61,459 bases of DNA, filler included, from Nitrospinae bacterium RIFCSPLOWO2_12_FULL_45_22 (GCA_001803565.1; 4 parts of 4 records of this genome joined end to end with filler, not necessarily neighbours in it), one strand, 5' to 3'. Positions 42,036 to 52,728 are shown, counted from the first letter of the whole stretch. A program made the numbers and translations. The notes: a model not told the origin generated them from the sequence alone.

Positions 42036-42135
42036 NNNNNNNNNNNNNNNNNNNNNNNNNNNNNNNNNNNNNNNNNNNNTTAATTAATTAANNNNNNNNN
42101 NNNNNNNNNNNNNNNNNNNNNNNNNNNNNNNNNNN
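42036..42135. other. Artificial contig linker
   Basis: N-run + TTAATTAATTAA + N-run. Confidence 0.95.
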
Positions 42136-42651
42136 AAGGTTGTTATAGGTTTTTTTCCTGAGCCAGATCAAGCTACCAGGGCGATAGCTGGTTTAATAGA
42201 AAATGGTCTCTGCCGTGAGACGATCAATGCCTTATCGTCTGTGCCGTACCCAGAGGGGCATTTCGGCACTGATAACAGAAAATCTTTCCTGCCGTTTTTC
42301 CCCCTGGTGGGTGGCGTCCTGGGTGCTATATCAGGGTTTTTATTGGCGGCTGGTACGGCCTTACTCTACCCATTACCTACTGGAGGTAAGGCCATAGTAG
42401 CCCTTCCGACGGTAGGTATCATAACTTATGAAGTGATGATGTTGGGTGCTATAGTAGGGACAGTGATAGGGCTATTAATTGATAGCCGGCTGCCCCCCAT
42501 TAAGACCCGGGCTTATGATAAGAGGATTAGTGAGGGGCAGATCGGTGTGTTGGTGGGGTGTGACACCGAGGAAGAAATTAATCTGGTTCGAGAGCTCCTT
42601 ACCCGCCATGGGGCTAAAGAAACTGAAAGGATTAATGGAGTAAAGTTGTAG
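42136..42651 (+). CDS. DUF3341 / ActD-like membrane protein (5' partial)
   Basis: Frame open from the contig edge (KVVIGFFPEP...); YPLPTGGKAIV..P...ITYE motif between two TMs. Confidence 0.75.
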   Translation, partial: KVVIGFFPEPDQATRAIAGLIENGLCRETINALSSVPYPEGHFGTDNRKSFLPFFPLVGGVLGAISGFLLAAGTALLYPLPTGGKAIVALPTVGIITYEVMMLGAIVGTVIGLLIDSRLPPIKTRAYDKRISEGQIGVLVGCDTEEEINLVRELLTRHGAKETERINGVKL

Positions 42652-42794
42652 TGGGGGGTAAATTACTGAGTAGCTGCAGGGCCTAAAACTTTTCGTAACC
42701 GTGCAAGGGGTTTTCTAACAGGGATAAACAGGATAGAAGCAAATAGGACATCCTGTCTATCCCTGTTTAAATTTCTATTACAGGATAAAATTCA

Positions 42795-43289
42795 ATGTCT
42801 ATTTACAGAGCTAAAAAGGCCATAAACAAAATCCCTGTATGTCTGAGTGGGATTATGCTGGCTATAGTTTTAGCCGGTTGCCCCACGGAGATGACAGAGC
42901 AACCTTCCTATAAGCCTCAGGAGGCCCCACTACTTACACCACCTGCCTCTTCGGTGTCTACCCAGGGAAGAGCAGGGGGGCTCAGAGATTTGGCCTCGCC
43001 TACAACTGCTACACCAAAATCTATTGAGGAAGGGCGTTATCTATTTCAGATTTATTGCACTATGTGTCACGGAGAAAAGGGCCGGGGTGATGGCCCGGTA
43101 GGGCAGAAATTTATCCCTAAGCCAGCCGACTTGACCAGTGCCCACGTACAACAATTGGGTGACGAAGAGATATTTCTTAGGATAACTAACGGTTTTCAGA
43201 CTATGCCGTCCTTTAAGAAAGACCTGACCCCTCAGGAGCGTTGGCACATAGTAAATTATGTCAGAAGCCTGGGGGTCAAGGGTGGTTAA
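42795..43289 (+). CDS. Monoheme cytochrome c lipoprotein (ActE-like)
   Basis: LAGC lipobox, M..QP..KPQE, CTMCH heme motif, distal MP, RWHIVNYVR. Confidence 0.85.
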   Translation: MSIYRAKKAINKIPVCLSGIMLAIVLAGCPTEMTEQPSYKPQEAPLLTPPASSVSTQGRAGGLRDLASPTTATPKSIEEGRYLFQIYCTMCHGEKGRGDGPVGQKFIPKPADLTSAHVQQLGDEEIFLRITNGFQTMPSFKKDLTPQERWHIVNYVRSLGVKGG

Positions 43290-43301
43290 CAAATCTGGGG
43301 A

Positions 43302-43658
43302 TCAAGATTTTTTGCCTTTACTCTTTACCTCAGCCTTTTTATTGCCTTGAGTATAAAGGGTCATGGTGTATTCCTTGCCACAACTACGGCACATACCATG
43401 TACCGGGGTGGGTTTACCATTATTGGAAGGGACCTTTTGCACAAAGTTGAAATCCCCCCCGCACTCGGGGCACTTATAGGGGATAAATTTGACTGTCTGG
43501 GCTTCATTATCTTCTGTTTGAATCAGGTCCAAAATGGTCAAATCCCGATAATGACCGTTCCAACAACGGAGAGACCGCACCTTATAGCCATTAGTATCTA
43601 CATCAATATTCCAAAACATAGGTGCCCCGCACCTCTTACACTGGCCTACTATATCCAC
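43302..43658 (-). CDS. Double zinc-ribbon protein
   Basis: CKRC...CWNGH and CPEC...CRSC; GAGG RBS. Confidence 0.7.
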   Translation of the reverse strand: MDIVGQCKRCGAPMFWNIDVDTNGYKVRSLRCWNGHYRDLTILDLIQTEDNEAQTVKFIPYKCPECGGDFNFVQKVPSNNGKPTPVHGMCRSCGKEYTMTLYTQGNKKAEVKSKGKKS

Positions 43659-43683
43659 CTCTTATAACCCCCCTCAGGTTTTT

Positions 43684-43890
43684 TTATGATAATAAGATTT
43701 TAATCCCGATGGAAAGAAAGTCGCAAAATTTTATGCCTGCAATCTCCAAGATATTCTTTACCACAAAAAGGCTTATGGCGCCTAGCAATAAGATGAATAC
43801 CCAGCCCCCTTTTTTAATATAAGTCCATCCGGAGGCTAAATCGTGCAAGATATTATCTGTCTCTAGACCTAAATGATCTGGCTCTTTCAT
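43684..43890 (-). CDS. Small putative membrane protein
   Basis: 68-aa ORF with one hydrophobic segment, directly downstream of the tRNA. Confidence 0.35.
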   Translation of the reverse strand: MKEPDHLGLETDNILHDLASGWTYIKKGGWVFILLLGAISLFVVKNILEIAGIKFCDFLSIGIKILLS

Positions 43891-43900
43891 AAAGGATTTG

Positions 43901-43987
43901 TGGTGCCGAAGAGGGGACTCGAACCCCTACGGGAATACACCCACCACCCCCTCAAGATGGCGTGTCTACCAGTTCCACCACTCCGGC
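43901..43987 (-). tRNA. tRNA-Leu(GAG)
   Basis: GCCGGAGTGGTGGAACTGGTAGACACGCCATCTTGAGGGGGTGG...GGTTCGAGTCCCCTCTTCGGCACCA; 87 nt, long variable arm, encoded CCA. Confidence 0.97.
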
Positions 43988-44184
43988 CCCTTTTAAAAAC
44001 CTTTTGCTTTGATAAATAACTTCACTATAATAATAAGGGTCAGTTCTCGGCGAGTCAGCTTTCAGCCCATAGCCATTAGAGGCTGATGGCTTATAGCTCA
44101 TTAGCCTATTCGTATATAATAGTTAATAGCAAAGCATATTTTATATCTAGAATTGATCTTGTCAAGACCATCTAGGAGAGAAAG

Positions 44185-45636
44185 TTGCGAGAATTAGCAG
44201 AGCTAGCTCTAGATGTAACCCGGATAAAAGGGGCTGTTTATGCCGATATAAGGATTATTGCGGTTAAAGGGGAATCCTTAATAATCAAGAATGGCCAGGT
44301 CAGCCATATTCATTGTTCCGAAGATAGGGGTTTTGGTGTGAGGGTCATAGTAGATGGGGCCTGGGGTTTTGCTAGTAGTGATGAGCTTACCCGGAATGAG
44401 ATCAAGCGGGTAGCGGCACAGGCCGTAAAGATAGCTAAAGCCAGCGCCCTTTATAAGGGCAGGGGTGTGGTTTTAACCCCGGTAGTAAAGGCTGTAACTC
44501 ATTGGTCCACACCCTTTGAAATAGACCCTTTCACAATATCGTTGAGCGAGAAGATAGACTTATTGTTATCTATAGATAAGGCTTTGCGGCAGGTAAAAGA
44601 GGTAAAGATAGCCCGTGGTAATATGGAATTTCAGAAAAAGAGCCAGCTCTTTGCCAGCACCACCGGGTCTTTTATTGAGCAGGAGTCCTTATCGTCGGCA
44701 GCGGGTTATGCTGCTATTGCTATCAATCAAGATGATCTCCAGATAAGGTCTTATCCCTCGTCTTTTGGTGGGCAATATATGACCAGGGGCTATGAACTAA
44801 TCCAGGAATTGGCCTTAGAGGAGAATGCCAGCCGGATTGCCGAAGAAGCAGCGGCTTTGCTAAAGGCCCCCCAATGTCCTACTGGCTACAAGGATATTAT
44901 CCTGGATAGCTCACAATTGGCCCTGCAAATCCATGAATCTTGTGGTCACCCGGCGGAACTGGACCGGGTTCTGGGTACCGAGGCAGATTTTGCTGGCCGT
45001 AGTTTCCTCACCCCGGATAAGCTCCATTCTTTTCTCTATGGGTCTCCGGTGATAAATATAGTGGCTGATTCGCTAACCCCGGGTGGTATGGGCACTTATG
45101 GTTTTGATGACGAAGGGGTGCCGGCCCAGAGGTGGTATCTGGTCAAAGAGGGGCTCTTTTGTGGCTATCTGACTTCCCGACAAACAGCCCCAGAGATAGG
45201 GTTAAACCATTCTCAAGGGGCAATGCGGGCCTGCAACTGGAATCGGCTGCCCCTTATCCGGATGAATAATGTTAGTCTGGAGCCGGATCAATGGAACCTG
45301 GAAGACCTCATAGCGGATACTAAAGATGGTGTCTTTATGGAGACCAATCGGAGTTGGAGTATAGACCAGTTGCGCTACAATTTTCAATTTGGCACCGAGA
45401 TAGGTTGGGAGATAAAAAACGGCAAGAAAGGTAAAATGTTGAAAAACCCTACCTACCAGGGTATCACGCCCCAGTTCTGGCAGGCCTGTGATGCCGTATG
45501 TAACGATAATTACTGGGTCCTGTGGGGGGTGCCTAATTGCGGCAAGGGCCAGCCTGAACAGATCATCGCTACTAGCCATGGGGCTGCACCAGCTCGCTTC
45601 AGACAAGTTATGGTGGGGGTGGGATATGTTAAATAA
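44185..45636 (+). CDS. tldD: TldD metalloprotease
   Basis: HESCGHPAELD zinc motif, DDEGV, CGKGQP. Confidence 0.92.
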   Translation: MRELAELALDVTRIKGAVYADIRIIAVKGESLIIKNGQVSHIHCSEDRGFGVRVIVDGAWGFASSDELTRNEIKRVAAQAVKIAKASALYKGRGVVLTPVVKAVTHWSTPFEIDPFTISLSEKIDLLLSIDKALRQVKEVKIARGNMEFQKKSQLFASTTGSFIEQESLSSAAGYAAIAINQDDLQIRSYPSSFGGQYMTRGYELIQELALEENASRIAEEAAALLKAPQCPTGYKDIILDSSQLALQIHESCGHPAELDRVLGTEADFAGRSFLTPDKLHSFLYGSPVINIVADSLTPGGMGTYGFDDEGVPAQRWYLVKEGLFCGYLTSRQTAPEIGLNHSQGAMRACNWNRLPLIRMNNVSLEPDQWNLEDLIADTKDGVFMETNRSWSIDQLRYNFQFGTEIGWEIKNGKKGKMLKNPTYQGITPQFWQACDAVCNDNYWVLWGVPNCGKGQPEQIIATSHGAAPARFRQVMVGVGYVK

Positions 45637-46972
45637 AGAACAGGCCAGGAATATATTGAATAAAGTGCTAGAGTATTCCCGGGCGGATGAAACCGAGGTG
45701 AGCCTGGGTGGAGGGACGTTTGCGTTAACCAGGTTTGCTCAGAATATTGTTCACCAAAATACTATGGAGAGGGGTTATGAAGTATCGGTCAGGACAGTGC
45801 TGGGGAAAAAGACCGGCCGGGCCTCTACTAATCGCCTGACGGATAAAGACCTCAAAAGGGTAGTAGAAACAGCCCTGGATATTACCCGTCATATACCCGA
45901 TGATCCAGAGTTATTGCCTGTCTTAGAACCACAGGAATATCGCCGGTTAGAAACTCCAGCCAGGAATACGGTAATTTTCAGCCCGGATAAACAATTAAAG
46001 CTCGTAGGTAAAATTATCAACCTGGCCCGGGGACATGGCCTGAAGGCTTCTGGTAGCCTCAGCCATACTCTTGGCAGCCTGGAAGAGTATGGAGAGAGGG
46101 GTATTTTTGCCGTGGCTAATTCCAAAGGTCTCTTTGCCTACTATGGCCGGCAACTCTCATCTTTGTCTGTTACTATTGAGGGTGAAGATAGTTCGGGCTG
46201 GGCCCGCCAGGAAGGCCTGGGGCTGGCAGAGCTTAATCCCGAAACCCTGGCCGCTACTGCTATAGACAAGGCCATAAAGAGCCAAAACCCCCGACTTATT
46301 GACCCGGGTGAATATACTGTTATCCTTGAGCCCGCTGCGGTAGCCAGCCTGGTCTGGTTCCTGGTAGATGGGTTCAATGCCTTAGCCTATTACGAAGGCC
46401 GTAGTTTTCTGAAAGATAAGCTAGGGCAAAAACTGGCAGGGGAAAACTTCACCATGCTGGATGATGCCTACCACCCTCTTTATAGCGAGAGACCTTTTGA
46501 CGATGAGGGTATCCTGAAGAAGAAGGTTATTCTATTTGACAGAGGAGTAGCGGCTAATCTGGTCTATTCTCGCAAAGAGGCCAGGAAGCATAAAGCGGAG
46601 CCGACGGGGCATGGCTTACAAGTCCCTAATCCCTGGGGTGCCCGGGCCGGTAATATTGTGGTTATGGGGGGCGAAGAGACCCTGGAAGAGATGATCAGGA
46701 CAACAGAAAAGGGGCTCCTGGTTACCCGCTTCTGGTACAATCGCCTGGTAGACCCCATGCGAGTTATTGTTACTGGAATGACCCGGGATGGCACTTTTTT
46801 GGTCGAGAAGGGTAAGATTAAATATGGGGTAAAGAACCTCCGGTTTAATCAATCCGTACTGGAGATAGCAAAAAATATTCGTGCCTTGAGCTCCCCTATC
46901 AAGATAGAAGGTATGGTAGTGCCGGCCATGAAGGTAGACCATTTCAATTTCACCAGCACTACCGAATTTTGA
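45626..46972 (+). CDS. TldE/PmbA family protein
   Basis: TRFAQN, PGEYTVILEP, FDDEG, TGMTRDG; no HExxxH; start MLNKEQ overlaps the tldD end. Confidence 0.9.
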   Translation: MLNKEQARNILNKVLEYSRADETEVSLGGGTFALTRFAQNIVHQNTMERGYEVSVRTVLGKKTGRASTNRLTDKDLKRVVETALDITRHIPDDPELLPVLEPQEYRRLETPARNTVIFSPDKQLKLVGKIINLARGHGLKASGSLSHTLGSLEEYGERGIFAVANSKGLFAYYGRQLSSLSVTIEGEDSSGWARQEGLGLAELNPETLAATAIDKAIKSQNPRLIDPGEYTVILEPAAVASLVWFLVDGFNALAYYEGRSFLKDKLGQKLAGENFTMLDDAYHPLYSERPFDDEGILKKKVILFDRGVAANLVYSRKEARKHKAEPTGHGLQVPNPWGARAGNIVVMGGEETLEEMIRTTEKGLLVTRFWYNRLVDPMRVIVTGMTRDGTFLVEKGKIKYGVKNLRFNQSVLEIAKNIRALSSPIKIEGMVVPAMKVDHFNFTSTTEF

Positions 46973-46978
46973 CTATAG

Positions 46979-47095
46979 GCGGTCAGCTATCAGCCGTCAG
47001 CTTTCAGCTAAAACCAGGGGGGTCAGGGTATAGAGATCAATAAGCTGACCCATCACACCTGATCCCTGTCGCTGACCGCTGATTGCTGAAAGCTT
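46979..47095. repeat. Inverted heptamer arrays with inner palindrome
   Basis: GGTCAGC-TATCAGC-CGTCAGC-TTTCAGC ... GCTGACC-GCTGATT-GCTGAAA-GCT. Confidence 0.7.
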
Positions 47096-47099
47096 ATTT

Positions 47100-47873
47100 T
47101 TAATGGCCCTTAAAATTGGGTTTGCGCTTGTTTAAGAAGGCATCCATACCCTCTTTCTGGTCTTCGGTAGCAAAGAGTTTAGCCGTCGCCTCGATACAAA
47201 ATACCATATCATCACCCCCTAGTTCCCGATTAGCGGCCGTTTTAAGCAAGCTAACAGCTAAAGGGGCGCTTTCCATAATCTTCTTAGCTACCTCTACCGC
47301 CTTTCCCATCAACTGGTCATGAGGTACTACCAGGCTAATTAAGCCAATCCGCTCAGCCTCTTCGGCAGATATAGGCTCCGCTGTCATCATAAGATAGGAG
47401 GCCTTATTTCTGCCTAGCAGATCGAATAAACGGCCAATAGCAAAACCGGGCACCAGCCCGATCCTGGGCTCTGGCACCCCAAACTTGGCCTTATCGGAAG
47501 CAATGACAATATCAGAGGCAAGGCATAATTCCAGGCCACCACCCAGGGCTAGGCCACTCACGGCTGCTATTATAGGTTTAGGGAGCTTTTCCATACGATT
47601 AAACAAGGTCATAACATCCCGGGCAAAGCGTTCCACATCAACCATGGTCTTGATCTGCTGGAAACCACTAATGTCTCCACCAGCACAGAAGGCCCTCCCA
47701 GCGCCAGTAAGGATCATTACCCGTACCTGCTCATCTTGTTCCACTAAATCCATAGCTGAACGCAGACCCTTTCTGATACCATGGCTCAAGGCGTTGAGCC
47801 GCTCTTCATAATTCAAGGTTACGTATGCAATACCATCCTTCGCTTCATACAGAACCTGATCCAATTGCTGCAT
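47100..47873 (-). CDS. Enoyl-CoA hydratase/isomerase
   Basis: AFCAGGD, GGGLE, PEPRIG. Confidence 0.92.
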   Translation of the reverse strand: MQQLDQVLYEAKDGIAYVTLNYEERLNALSHGIRKGLRSAMDLVEQDEQVRVMILTGAGRAFCAGGDISGFQQIKTMVDVERFARDVMTLFNRMEKLPKPIIAAVSGLALGGGLELCLASDIVIASDKAKFGVPEPRIGLVPGFAIGRLFDLLGRNKASYLMMTAEPISAEEAERIGLISLVVPHDQLMGKAVEVAKKIMESAPLAVSLLKTAANRELGGDDMVFCIEATAKLFATEDQKEGMDAFLNKRKPNFKGH

Positions 47874-47946
47874 AACTTTCTCTCTCCTCCTCTTTAACCA
47901 GTAAATATGAATTTATAACCTCTAAACACACTAAGATAAAAGGCAG

Positions 47947-48105
47947 GTAACAGTTCACCGGGGTCAGGGATCAGTTGTCAGGTATGCCTTTCCTCAAGGA
48001 CCTCTACGGGCTATTAACCCTTCGCGCTATCTACAACTAGCGATAACTATACAAAATTTAAAGTATTTTCCTGACCCCTGTTAACTGAACCCCGTGAACT
48101 GTTAC
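47947..48105. mobile_element. MITE copy 4 (reverse orientation) with 8-bp TSD
   Basis: Perfect TIRs; TSD AAAGGCAG at 47939-47946 and 48106-48113. Confidence 0.92.
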
Positions 48106-48255
48106 AAAGGCAGTTGCCTGCAGGGCAAGAGCTTATCATTGATTGATTTCGATTTCAAGCCAAGAATTGACATAGCCCATTCCTTTTGTTATTTTCAAGG
48201 TTAAGAAACAGATGTTTATTAGCGATAAAAATTTGGCCGTTAGGAGGAGAGAGGA

Positions 48256-49527
48256 ATGAAGACTATCATTGAGGCAAGAGATACTATGGAGGCTGTTTGC
48301 GCTGCCCTGGAGAAAATTTTAGCGCACCGTAAATCCCGACCTACGGTACCTAGTGAGACATTGTATTACCAATTGGTGCTGGATTATTTCCAAAAGATCC
48401 TTAATGCCAGGGAAGAAGGGAAATTTATTGTGGGCCATACAGTCATGGCCCCTACCGAAATTTTTTATGCCATGGACCTGGTGCCTATGTCTTTAGAAAA
48501 TGTATCCAGCATGATGGCCATCCTTCTTAATAAATATGGAGAATTTCTGGGCTCTGCCTCAGCCTTTGGATTAGCGCCAGAGACCTGCTCGGCCCATCGG
48601 ATGTTGGCTGGCGCCGTTTTACGGGAAGCTGTTACCAGCCCTGACTGCATCGTCTGGAGCAGTCAGGTATGTGATAATACCTCTAAGAGTGGTGATGCCT
48701 TGCTGGATTTATATGGGATACCGGGATTTTTTTTGGACCGGCCCTATAAATATACCGCCGAGGCCGTTAGATACTATACCCGGCAGATGGAAGAGCTGGT
48801 AGAGTTCCTGGAGGATCAGAGCGGGAAAAAGCTCAATCAGGATAAGTTAGCTGAGGCGGTAGACTTATCAAATCAGGTAATCAATATCTATCGCGAAATA
48901 TATGAGCTAAGAAAGGCCATCCCAGCACCTATGCGGAACCGTAATCTGGTCAACCAGAGTACTATTGAAGGTATTTATTCTGGCACCCAGCAAGGGGTTC
49001 ACTTCCTTGAAATGGTGCGCGATGAAATCAGACAGAATGTAGTGGCTGGCAAAGGTGTAGTTCCAGAAGAGCGATATCGCTTACTTTTTCTCTTCTTACC
49101 TCCATTTTATGAGATGAAGATATTGGACTGGCTAGAGAAGGAGCAGGGGGCAGTATCGGTCATGGAGCCGTTCATATCGTATTTTTCTCCTGGGCAGATG
49201 GACCCCCAAAGACCACTAGAAAGTGTAGCTGCTAAAACTTTTTATCGTTGCTTAGCAAAGCCTATGCATGGGCCAGCCGATCCCTTTATAGATGATGCAT
49301 TAAAGATTGCCCATGAATTTAAGGCTGACGGTGCGGTCTACTTTGCTCATATTGGTTGTCGGCAAGCCTGTGCCCTTATCCGAACATTAAAAGATAGGTT
49401 GAAAGAAGAACTAGATATGCCTACCCTGGTTATTGATGTGGATATCATGGACCCATCCCTTTCTTCGGGCGAGGAATTGAGGGATAAGTTTGAGAGGTTT
49501 TTTGAAATCCTGGATGAGAAGAAATAG
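48256..49527 (+). CDS. 2-hydroxyacyl-CoA dehydratase subunit (HgdA/B family)
   Basis: Three Fe-S Cys (ETCS, VCDN, GCRQ) and DGAV motif. Confidence 0.88.
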   Translation: MKTIIEARDTMEAVCAALEKILAHRKSRPTVPSETLYYQLVLDYFQKILNAREEGKFIVGHTVMAPTEIFYAMDLVPMSLENVSSMMAILLNKYGEFLGSASAFGLAPETCSAHRMLAGAVLREAVTSPDCIVWSSQVCDNTSKSGDALLDLYGIPGFFLDRPYKYTAEAVRYYTRQMEELVEFLEDQSGKKLNQDKLAEAVDLSNQVINIYREIYELRKAIPAPMRNRNLVNQSTIEGIYSGTQQGVHFLEMVRDEIRQNVVAGKGVVPEERYRLLFLFLPPFYEMKILDWLEKEQGAVSVMEPFISYFSPGQMDPQRPLESVAAKTFYRCLAKPMHGPADPFIDDALKIAHEFKADGAVYFAHIGCRQACALIRTLKDRLKEELDMPTLVIDVDIMDPSLSSGEELRDKFERFFEILDEKK

Positions 49528-49747
49528 GTAACAGTTTCTTTATTTCCCAAAAATCACTATGGGCGAACAATTATCCCCAGTAGGGATAAAATTTTGGGGA
49601 ACATCCAGAAATGTTTTGCCTTGACAACCAGAAATGTTTTTATTGACTTTTACCAGATATTTTGTTAAGGATGAAAAATAGGGAAAGGCTTTAGGACAAT
49701 CCAGTAGAAGAGGTGCGGCTAATTTTTCAGAAAGGAGATGAGGCAGA

Positions 49748-50680
49748 ATGGGTAAGAAGTTAGCGAATAAGGCGGCGGTAGTAACAGGTGCGGGTCGGGG
49801 TATTGGCCGAGAGATAGCCTTGTTCTTAGCAGGGGAAGGGGCCAGGGTTGTAGTCAATGACCCAGGGGTAACAAGGGATGGGGCAGGCCAGGACAGTAAG
49901 CCAGCGGATGAGATAGTAGCGGAAATAAAGAAGCGGGGTGGAGAAGCGGTTGCTAACTACGATTCGGTAGTAGATTTTGCCGCAGCGGAAAGGATTATTA
50001 ATTCCTGTGCAGAGAAATTTGGCCGGATAGACATCCTGGTAAATGTAGCCGGGATATTGAGAGATCGGATGATCTTTAACATGTCCGAAGAAGAATGGGA
50101 TGCAGTACTGGATGTCCATCTCAAAGGTACTTTTAATTGCTCCCGCTATGCTTGTATCCTTATGCGGAAGCAACGGGCTGGCCGGATAATAAATATTACC
50201 TCTGATGCCTGGCGCGGTACCGTAGGTCATGTGAACTATGGGGCAGCAAAAGCTGGCATTGTTGGCCTTACCCGCTCTATTGCCCGGGAAATGGGTCGCT
50301 ATAACGTGACTTGTAATGCCGTTGCCCCGGTAGCGGCTACCAGGATGACCCTGGATGAGGATGTAAAACAGGGGATAAAGAAACGTTATGAAGCCGGGCT
50401 GGTCAGTAAGGAACAGTTGGATGCTATCTTAAATATGCCGGGACCGGAGTACGTACCACCCATTGTAGCTTATTTAGCTACAGATGAAGCCTGGAATATT
50501 AATGGGCAGGTATTCCATGCTGAGGGGGGGAGGATATCGGTCTATTCCGAGCCGGTAGAAACCAAGGCTGTTTATAAAAAAGAAGGTATTTGGAAAGTAG
50601 ATGAGCTGATAGATATTATCCCCCAGACCATAGCTCAGGGCTTAGTAAATCCAGCACCACCACAACCGGCAGAAAAATAA
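49748..50680 (+). CDS. SDR oxidoreductase (3-hydroxyacyl-CoA dehydrogenase-like)
   Basis: TGAGRGIG, VVVND, AGILRD, YGAAK. Confidence 0.92.
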   Translation: MGKKLANKAAVVTGAGRGIGREIALFLAGEGARVVVNDPGVTRDGAGQDSKPADEIVAEIKKRGGEAVANYDSVVDFAAAERIINSCAEKFGRIDILVNVAGILRDRMIFNMSEEEWDAVLDVHLKGTFNCSRYACILMRKQRAGRIINITSDAWRGTVGHVNYGAAKAGIVGLTRSIAREMGRYNVTCNAVAPVAATRMTLDEDVKQGIKKRYEAGLVSKEQLDAILNMPGPEYVPPIVAYLATDEAWNINGQVFHAEGGRISVYSEPVETKAVYKKEGIWKVDELIDIIPQTIAQGLVNPAPPQPAEK

Positions 50681-50728
50681 AAAATAAAACATAAACCTAT
50701 CCTATAGGAAAAAGAGGAGGTAAGGAAC

Positions 50729-50935
50729 ATGGCAGTAGCAAGAGTCACCAGAGTAACGGCATCATCTACCATTGGCTTTGAGGATGCTATACGGAAGGGG
50801 TTAGATAGGGCTAACAAAACTTTGAGGGGGATCACTGGTTTAAGAATTGTGGAGCAGAAGGCCAAGGTTGAGAATGGGAAAATAAGCGAATACCGGGTCA
50901 CAATGGACATAAACTTTATACTGGAAGGAACTTAA
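50729..50935 (+). CDS. Dodecin family protein
   Basis: ASS..GFEDAI..G..RA.KTLRGI...I.EYRV pattern, 68 aa. Confidence 0.9.
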   Translation: MAVARVTRVTASSTIGFEDAIRKGLDRANKTLRGITGLRIVEQKAKVENGKISEYRVTMDINFILEGT

Positions 50936-50967
50936 GATAATTATTACCTTAGAAGGAGGGTAATATT

Positions 50968-51267
50968 ATGTTTACCAGGATAGTTAGGGGGAAGTTAAAT
51001 CCAGCCAACAAAATGGAGGCTCAGGAAGTTATTGACAGTGCCATACTTAAGATAAAAGAACAGGATGGATTTCTCTTCCTTCAATACCTTGAAGGGCAAG
51101 ATGACTTTATTACCATTACCACGTGGGCTAGTCAGCAAGATATGGAGGCTTTTGCTAACAGTAGCTTAATCAGAGAGATTCGTGAGAGTCTGAAACCATA
51201 TCTAACCGAGGAGCCTATAGTCAGGTCATATGCCGTCAAGACCAACATAAATGCCATGTGGGCATAA
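50968..51267 (+). CDS. ABM (antibiotic biosynthesis monooxygenase)-domain protein
   Basis: 99 aa, DGFL...ITTWASQQDMEAF ferredoxin-like pattern. Confidence 0.7.
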   Translation: MFTRIVRGKLNPANKMEAQEVIDSAILKIKEQDGFLFLQYLEGQDDFITITTWASQQDMEAFANSSLIREIRESLKPYLTEEPIVRSYAVKTNINAMWA

Positions 51268-51359
51268 AGCTTTGAAGAAAAATAGTAATCGTTCACTAGC
51301 TTTACATTTTGCGCTTTTAGTTTTCTTTCTGTGCGTGCTCTGCCACGCAAGGTTAGATG

Positions 51360-52373
51360 CTATTTTCTTGAGAAATGATTATATCCTCTGGGCTCTAATA
51401 AATACTTCCTCCCTTCTTCTTCGACCAGAAGGATATCCTGGCCCGCAACTATTATCCCAATTTTAGTAATGGGCAGGCGAAATGTCTCCTCAAAATCCTT
51501 TACTATGTAATCCAGTACCCCTTTTTCTGCCGTAAGGCAGAGCTCAAAGTCCTCCCCTCCGTTCAAAGCCCAATCATAGGGAGATATCCCCTGATTTTTG
51601 GCCAGGGTTTTAGCGCCAGAAGAAATAGGCAGGAGAGAGCATGTAATCTCTGCCCCTACCCTGCTGGCCTGGCAAATATGCCTGAGATCGCTAGAGAGAC
51701 CATCGCTAATATCAATCATACTATTTATCATAACTCTCTCACAAAGGTAGCGTGCTTCTTCTATCCGCGGAACCGGTTGTAGGAAGCGATCTATTACCGG
51801 GGCAACAATTTCTTTGTTTAGAGAGGGCTTATGGCGGAGATATTCTAACCCTGCCCGAGAATCCCCTAACCATCCCGTTACCCATATCTCATCCCCCAAT
51901 TTTGCATTACTGCGGCGCAAGGCCCTGCCCCGATCCACCTCTCCTATAACCGTTATATTGATAAACAAGCCCCGAACTGAGCGAGTAATATCTCCCCCGA
52001 TAAGGGGACACCGATAGCGCTCACCCAGGGTAGTGATCCCCTTAAGCAAAAGATCAAACTCCTCCCTCTGGCGATTAGCGGGTAAAGAACAGGCCAGCAA
52101 TGCCCCTAAAGGTTCCCCGGCCATGGCCGCTATGTCACTGAGGCTGGCAGCCATAGCCCGCCCGCCTATCTGATAATAATCCATCCAATGGGTATTAAAA
52201 TGGATATTTTCTACCAATGTATCCGTCGTAATTATAAGGTCTTTTTCCGCCGAGGGGCACAAAACCGCACAATCATCCCCTATCCCCTCGATAACCTGGG
52301 GAGGGTATTTGTTGGCCATATTCCGCTTTATTCCTTCTATCAGGATAAACTCACCTACTCTTGCCAGCCTCAT
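51360..52373 (-). CDS. thiL: Thiamine-monophosphate kinase
   Basis: GIGDDCA, SDIAAMAG, GGD, DISDGL, GGEDFEL. Confidence 0.95.
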   Translation of the reverse strand: MRLARVGEFILIEGIKRNMANKYPPQVIEGIGDDCAVLCPSAEKDLIITTDTLVENIHFNTHWMDYYQIGGRAMAASLSDIAAMAGEPLGALLACSLPANRQREEFDLLLKGITTLGERYRCPLIGGDITRSVRGLFINITVIGEVDRGRALRRSNAKLGDEIWVTGWLGDSRAGLEYLRHKPSLNKEIVAPVIDRFLQPVPRIEEARYLCERVMINSMIDISDGLSSDLRHICQASRVGAEITCSLLPISSGAKTLAKNQGISPYDWALNGGEDFELCLTAEKGVLDYIVKDFEETFRLPITKIGIIVAGQDILLVEEEGRKYLLEPRGYNHFSRK

Positions 52374-52475
52374 CCTTGTCCCTCCCCTCCACTTCTGCTA
52401 TACTTTCCCCAGCCTTTAGCCGGGACCATTTTACTAATATCTCCTTTTCTTGTAACTTATCAAGTTAAGTTTATT

Positions 52476-52637
52476 ACCACAAAGACACCAAGGACACAAA
52501 GAATTTAATTTGGGTTATTAGGTTATTGCGTCATTAGGTGATTGGATTATTGCAATATCAGGGTTCCCCATGTTCTAATACCTAATTACCCAATGCCTTT
52601 ATCAGCCTTTTCTTCGGGTTCTTTGTGGCTTTGTGGT
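52476..52637. repeat. Two-layer palindromic element
   Basis: Outer ACCACAAAGACAC/GGCTTTGTGGT; inner 9-mer arrays as at 24463. Confidence 0.7.
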
Positions 52638-52728
52638 TCATTAGCGTATTGATCCAGAATCATCTTTCTGGCTCCTTGGGATTGATACCCTGAAAAACCG
52701 CATTATTAAAATGAAAATTCCTATGCTA

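Noticed and set aside
42136-43289. Complete alternative complex III operon
   Set aside because: Only ActD-like and ActE-like genes are visible at a contig edge; the complex cannot be asserted.
43901-43987. tRNA-Leu as the attachment site of an integrated island
   Set aside because: No integrase and no duplicated tRNA 3' end seen nearby.
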